Positions 59,186 to 64,000 of a DNA stretch of 64,000 bases are shown in pieces. The notes beneath the pieces are model-generated. The model worked only from the letters and a program-made list of their open reading frames with translations. It made no database searches and had not been told where the DNA came from. Where the stretch lies: the NCBI GenBank assembly GCA_963771175.1, contig CAVYSY010000011.1, forward strand, positions 96,001 to 160,000, read 5' to 3'. The position numbers were made by a program, and so were the translations under genes. The first letter of the stretch is position 1; each line of letters opens with the position of its first letter. This DNA comes from an uncultured delta proteobacterium. Its GTDB lineage: Bacteria; Myxococcota; Myxococcia; Myxococcales; Myxococcaceae.

Positions 59186-60396
59186 TCAAATTTCCAACAG
59201 GAGCCGAGTGGGGTCCTCGATGCAGTCCTTGATGCGAATGAGGAACTGCACCGCCTCGCGACCGTCGATGAGCCGGTGGTCGTAGGAGAGGGCGAGGTAC
59301 ATGATGGGGCGGATGACGACCTGGCCGTTGCGGGCCACGGGGCGCTCCACGATGTTGTGCATCCCCAGGATGCCCGTCTGCGGCGGGTTGAGGATGGGGG
59401 TGGAGAGCATCGAGCCGAAGATGCCGCCGTTGGTGATGGTGAAGGTGCCGCCCTGCAGCTCGGCGAGCGTGAGCTTGTCGTTGCGAGCGCGCACGCCGTA
59501 GTCGCCGATCTTCTTCTCCATGTCGGCCAGGGACAGGCGTGTCCGCGTCGCGGACGACGGGCACCACGAGGCCGCGCGAGCCGCTCACCGCCACGCCGAT
59601 GTCGTAGTAGTGCTTGAAGACGACGTCGTCGCCGTCGATCTCCGCGTTGACCTGGGGGAAGGCCTTGAGGGCCTCGACGGCCGCGCGCACGAAGAAGCTC
59701 ATGAAGCCGAGCTTGACGCCGTGCTTGGCCTGGAACTTCTCGTTGTACTGCTTGCGCAGGTCCATCACCGCGCCCATGTCCACCTCGTTGAAGGTGGTGA
59801 GGATGGCGGCGGTGGACTGGGCCTGGAGCGAGGCGCTCGGCGACGCGGCGGCGCAGCGGCGTCATCTTCACGCGCTCCTCGCGGTCGGCGCGCGGGCGCG
59901 GGCCGGAGGGAGCGGGGGCCGGAGCCGGAGCGCGCTGGGCGGGAGCCTCGGCCGGGCGGTTGAGCTGACCGAGCACGTCCTCCTTGGTGATGCGGCCGCC
60001 GGTGCCGGAGCCCTTGAGCTGGCCCACGTCCACCTTGTTCTCCTCGGCGATCTTCCGGGCGGTGGGCGTGATGCGCGCATCGGTCGCGGCGGACGCCGCG
60101 GCGACGGGGGCGGGAGCAGCGGCGGGAGCGGGAGTGGCCGTCGGAGCAGAGGCAGCGGCCCCGGCCTCGATGGTGCCCAGCACGTCGCCCACGCGCACCT
60201 TGTCGCCCTCCTGGAAGGCGATGGTGAGCAGGGCACCGCCGGCGGGAGAGGGCACGTCGACGGTGACCTTGTCGGTCTCGAGGACGACGAGCGGCTCGTC
60301 CGCGGTGACGGCGTCACCCTTCTTCTTGTTCCACTTTCCGACGACGGCTTCAGTGATGGACTCGCCCAGGGGCGGGACTTTCAGTTCAACGGCCAT
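59186..60396 (-). CDS. sucB: 2-oxoglutarate dehydrogenase E2 dihydrolipoamide succinyltransferase; frameshifts near 59830 and 59535
   Basis: Lipoyl ETDKV; E3-binding [36 protein letters not shown]. Confidence 0.95.
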
Positions 60397-63277
60397 TCTT
60401 GGTTCCTCGGAGGATGGCTTCCTCGACGATGAGCTGCTGCTCCAGGTTGTGCGTCTGGTAGAAGCCGGTAGCGGGGCTCGCGGCTTCCGCGCGCCCGATG
60501 TAGCCCACCTTCAGCGGGTTCTGGCCTCGGGCCGCGGCCAGGTCATGCAGGCGGGGGTACATGAAGTGCCAGGCGCCCGAGTTGCGAGGCTCCTCCTGGA
60601 CCCAGAGGAGCTCGGTGAGCTTCGGCATCTTCGCGACGAGGCCTGCCAGCTCGTCGACGGGGAAGGGGTAGAGCTGCTCCACGCGCACGATGGCGATGGA
60701 GTTGTCCTTGCGCTCGTCCCGGGCCTTGACCAGGTCGTAGTAGACCTTGCCGGTGCACAGCAGCAGGCGCGTCACGCCGGCCGGGTCCACCTTGTCGAGG
60801 ATGACCTCCTGGAAGGTGCCGGTGGCGAGCTCCTCCAGCTTGCTCGTCGCCTCGGGGCGGCGCAGCAGGCTCTTGGGCGACATGATGACGAGCGGCTTGC
60901 GCAGCGGGCGCAGCACCTGGCGACGCAGCAGGTGGAAGATCTGCGCGGGCGTGGTGGGGTAGACCACCTGGATGTTGTCCTCGGCGCACAGGTCGAGGAA
61001 GCGCTCCAGGCGGGCGCTGGAGTGCTCCGGACCCTGGCCCTCGTAGCCGTGCGGCAGGAGCAGCGTGATGCCGCTGAGCCGCCGCCACTTGGTCTCCGCC
61101 GCGGCGATGAACTGGTCGATGATGATTTGAGCGCCGTTGGCGAAGTCGCCGAACTGGGCCTCCCAGATGACGAGCCCGTCCGGCACGTCGAGGCTGTAGC
61201 CGTACTCGAAGCCCAGCACGCCCATCTCGGACAGGGGGCTGTTGATGACGTCGAAGCGAGCCCGGCCGGTGGAGAACTGGTTCAGCGGCGTGAACTTCTC
61301 ATTCGTCTTCACGTCGTGCAGCACGGCGTGGCGGTGGCTGAAGGTGCCGCGCTCGCAGTCCTGGCCGCTCAGGCGGATGGCGTAGCCCTCGGAGAGCAGC
61401 GTGGCGTAGGCCAGCGACTCGCCCTCGCTCCACTGCAGCTCCTCCGTCTGCAGCATGCCCTGGCGCTTCTTGAGCACCGTGCGCTCCACGTCGCGGTGGA
61501 CGTTGAAGCCCTCGGGCACCTCGGCCAGCCGCTTCAGGGCGCCGCGCAGCGTCTCCTTGTCCACCGCGGTGGACACCTGCGGCGCGCCCTTGTGCTGCCC
61601 GCCCTTGTAGGGCTTCCACAGGCCCTCCAGCGCGCTCGGCTCCTTGAACTGGCTCTCCGCGCGGGCGCGGGTGAGCGCCGCGTCGAACTCCTGCAGGCAG
61701 CGCTGCTTGAGGGCCTCGGACTCCTCCGCGGGGATGCGGCCCTTCTCCGCGAGCTGCTGCGCGTAGAGCGTCCGCACCGTCGGGTGCTTGCGGATGATGT
61801 CGTACATCTGTGGCTGCGTGAACGAGGGGTCATCGCCCTCGTTGTGGCCGTAGCGGCGGTAGCAGACGAGGTCGATGACCACGTCGCTCTTGAAGGTCTG
61901 CCGGTACTCGGCCACCAGGCGCGCCACGTGGATGCACGCCTCCGGATCATCCCCGTTCACGTGGAAGATGGGGACGTCCAGCATCTGCGCCAGCGCCGTG
62001 GAGTAGATGGAGCTGCGCGACTCCTCGGGGTCGGTGGTGAAGCCCACCTGGTTGTTGATGACCAGGTGCATCGTGCCGCCCGTCTCGTAGCCCTTGAGGC
62101 GCGCCATGTTGAGCGTCTCGGCCACCACGCCCTGGCCGATGAAGGCCGCGTCGCCGTGGATGAGCACCGGCATCACCTTGGTGCGCCCGGTGTCACCGCT
62201 GCGGTCCTGCTTGGCGCGAACGCGCCCCTCCACCACCGGGTCCACCGCCTCCAGGTGGCTGGGGTTGAAGGCCAGCGACAGGTGGATGTTCTGCCCGCCG
62301 CGCGTGGCGTGGTCCGAGCTGAAGCCCATGTGGTACTTCACGTCGCCGCGGCCCATGTGCTGCTTGGGGTCCTGCGGGCCCTCGAACTCGCTGAAGATCT
62401 GATCCGGCTTCTTGCCCAGGATGTTCGTCAGCACGTTGAGGCGGCCGCGGTGGGCCATGCCGATGACGACCTCCTTGAGGCCCATGTCACCGCCCACCTC
62501 GAGCACGGTGTCCATCATGGGCACCAGAGCCTCGCCGCCATCGAGCGCGAAGCGCTTGGCGCCGACGAACTTGGTGTGCAGGAAGTTCTCGAAGCCCTCG
62601 GCGTAGGACAGCTTGGTGAGGATGTGGCGCTGCTCGTCCACCGAGAAGTCCGTGCGGTTCTCGGTGTACTCCATGCGCCGCATCAGCCAGCGCCGCCGCT
62701 CGCTGTCGAGCATGTACATGAACTCGACGCCGATGGAGCCGGTGTACGTGCGGCGCAGCCGGACCATCAGCTCCTTGAGCTTCACCCGGGCCTCGGGGAA
62801 GACGCCGGCGCTCTCCACCATCTGCTCCTGCTCGGTGGAGGAGAAGTGCGCGTCGTCCACCAGGCCGATGTCCGCCATGTGCTCCAGCGGCGGGCGCGGG
62901 CGGCCCAGTGGATCCAGCTTCGCGCGCAGGTGGCCGCGCAGGCGGAAGGCCGAGATGGCCTGGTCCACCCGGGCCTGCAGCTTCATGTCCTGCTCGAAGG
63001 CCACCGTGGGCGCCGTCTGCGGGGCCAGCGCCACCGCGCCGCCGCTGCTCTCGGCCTTGGGGGCCTTGCCGCCCTTGCCCTCCTTGCCGGGTAGGACCGG
63101 CGCGGGTGGCTCGATGAGGGTCTTGTTGTAGATGGGTCGGCCGGCGCCGTCGTTGCGGTCGAACACCTCGCGCCAGCTCGGGTCCACGCTGGTCGGATCC
63201 TCGAGGTAGCGCGCGTAGAGCCCCTCGATGAAGTCGATGTTTCCGCCGGAGAGGTACGAGTCCTGGAAATTCGCCAT
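60386..63277 (-). CDS. sucA: 2-oxoglutarate dehydrogenase E1
   Basis: GMAHRGRLN, GDVKYH, HGDAAF, RYGHNE, LLPHGYEGQGPEHSS; ATG at 63277. Confidence 0.97.
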   Translation of the reverse strand: MANFQDSYLSGGNIDFIEGLYARYLEDPTSVDPSWREVFDRNDGAGRPIYNKTLIEPPAPVLPGKEGKGGKAPKAESSGGAVALAPQTAPTVAFEQDMKLQARVDQAISAFRLRGHLRAKLDPLGRPRPPLEHMADIGLVDDAHFSSTEQEQMVESAGVFPEARVKLKELMVRLRRTYTGSIGVEFMYMLDSERRRWLMRRMEYTENRTDFSVDEQRHILTKLSYAEGFENFLHTKFVGAKRFALDGGEALVPMMDTVLEVGGDMGLKEVVIGMAHRGRLNVLTNILGKKPDQIFSEFEGPQDPKQHMGRGDVKYHMGFSSDHATRGGQNIHLSLAFNPSHLEAVDPVVEGRVRAKQDRSGDTGRTKVMPVLIHGDAAFIGQGVVAETLNMARLKGYETGGTMHLVINNQVGFTTDPEESRSSIYSTALAQMLDVPIFHVNGDDPEACIHVARLVAEYRQTFKSDVVIDLVCYRRYGHNEGDDPSFTQPQMYDIIRKHPTVRTLYAQQLAEKGRIPAEESEALKQRCLQEFDAALTRARAESQFKEPSALEGLWKPYKGGQHKGAPQVSTAVDKETLRGALKRLAEVPEGFNVHRDVERTVLKKRQGMLQTEELQWSEGESLAYATLLSEGYAIRLSGQDCERGTFSHRHAVLHDVKTNEKFTPLNQFSTGRARFDVINSPLSEMGVLGFEYGYSLDVPDGLVIWEAQFGDFANGAQIIIDQFIAAAETKWRRLSGITLLLPHGYEGQGPEHSSARLERFLDLCAEDNIQVVYPTTPAQIFHLLRRQVLRPLRKPLVIMSPKSLLRRPEATSKLEELATGTFQEVILDKVDPAGVTRLLLCTGKVYYDLVKARDERKDNSIAIVRVEQLYPFPVDELAGLVAKMPKLTELLWVQEEPRNSGAWHFMYPRLHDLAAARGQNPLKVGYIGRAEAASPATGFYQTHNLEQQLIVEEAILRGTKNGR

Positions 63278-63767
63278 GGCGTGCTGTCTTTTACTGGAAG
63301 GCCGCCCCGTTGGGGGGTTTTCGGCGTAATTTGTTGAAAGGGGAGCCCTGGCTCCCAGTCTTTCGCCGCCGGGGTGAGCAGCAGGATTCATGCGCCATGT
63401 GAGCGCGCCTTCATCCCCTGTTTTTTCCGGGCCTCCGCACGAGCCAGGGCTCCTGCTTCCCCGTTGCAGGCAGGGCCCGTCGTCAGCGGGCCGCTGATGT
63501 AGTTAACGCGTTGCTCCCAAGGAGAAAAGGAGGCTCTTGGGACGCTGCCCCGCCCAGCGTGCGGGCATGCCGACCCTCGGAACGTCCCCGCCCTTCCAAT
63601 CGACTGGAAGTGATGTGGGGGGAGGTGCGGTGCTTCTGGTTGACGAGAAGTGGAGTCCCCTGGCCCGTCTGGCGGCGCGTCACCCGGTGACGGAGGGTGT
63701 CTACCTGCCCCGAGCGGGGAGTGGGCCCTGCGTGCGGCGGCCTTCCACCCCACCCACGTGGAGGCGG

Positions 63768-64000
63768 TCATGATGTGACCGGGCGGGGCGGGTCTCCTTT
63801 CTTGGGCGCGGTGTCGAACACCTTCGCCAGGTGCTCCAGCACGCGGAGCTTTCCCGGCGGCAGTCCGTGCAGGTTCGCCAGGAGGCGCCGCAACTCCGGA
63901 GACTCCTCCGGGGGAGCCTGGGGAGGGGGTACTTCCAGCGGGCCGAGGCCGAGGAGCGCGGTCGCGGAGACGTTCAGGACGGCGCACAGCTCCTGCAGCT
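63768..64000 (-). CDS. C-terminal part of a myxobacterial XRE-type helix-turn-helix regulator (5' end off the window)
   Basis: Manual translation ...LQELCAVLNVSATALLGLG...ESPELRRLLANLHGLPPGKLRVLEHLAKVF...-TGA at 63768. Confidence 0.6.
   Translation of the reverse strand, partial: LQELCAVLNVSATALLGLGPLEVPPPQAPPEESPELRRLLANLHGLPPGKLRVLEHLAKVFDTAPKKGDPPRPVTS

Noticed and set aside
59984..63094. 1036-aa plus-strand ORF
   Set aside because: Antisense mirror of sucA/sucB caused by GC3 bias.
63278..63767. Long sucA leader as a sucA-type structured RNA
   Set aside because: I could not recognise a conserved motif by eye; an Rfam covariance search would be needed.

Overview
GC-rich (roughly 70%) bacterial DNA whose gene content and order point to a myxobacterium of the Myxococcaceae/Archangiaceae type (inference; it encodes a MYXO-CTERM protein, a membrane Ser/Thr kinase and a myxobacterial-type HTH protein). 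It is mostly core chromosome. Main blocks: (1) an alternative complex III (actA-G) + SCO + caa3-type A2 cytochrome oxidase operon on the minus strand (3190-16043); (2) a split tryptophan cluster, with trpE-trpG on plus and DAHP synthase-trpD-C-F-B-A on minus, converging across about 7 kb of unrelated genes; (3) an M49 peptidase-crtW-msrP-msrQ run; (4) a Ser/Thr kinase-TPR/TonB-dependent receptor-lipoprotein operon; (5) an Omp85-family protein overlapping a PIG-B/Alg9-like (GT22) glycosyltransferase; (6) an MCP, a DPP-IV, a cold-shock protein and sucAB. I found no rRNA, tRNA, CRISPR array or mobile element. Many normally conserved genes carry clustered single-base frameshifts, most likely long-read assembly errors. 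The best hidden signal, missed by the ORF track, is a DsbA/FrnE-type oxidoreductase whose first active-site Cys codon is an in-frame TGA (SDFV-U-PWC) followed by a SECIS-like hairpin, i.e. a probable selenoprotein. Also notable: a perfect 3x11-bp repeat in a divergent promoter, and a 52-aa Tat-signal ORF separated from an in-frame esterase by one TGA.
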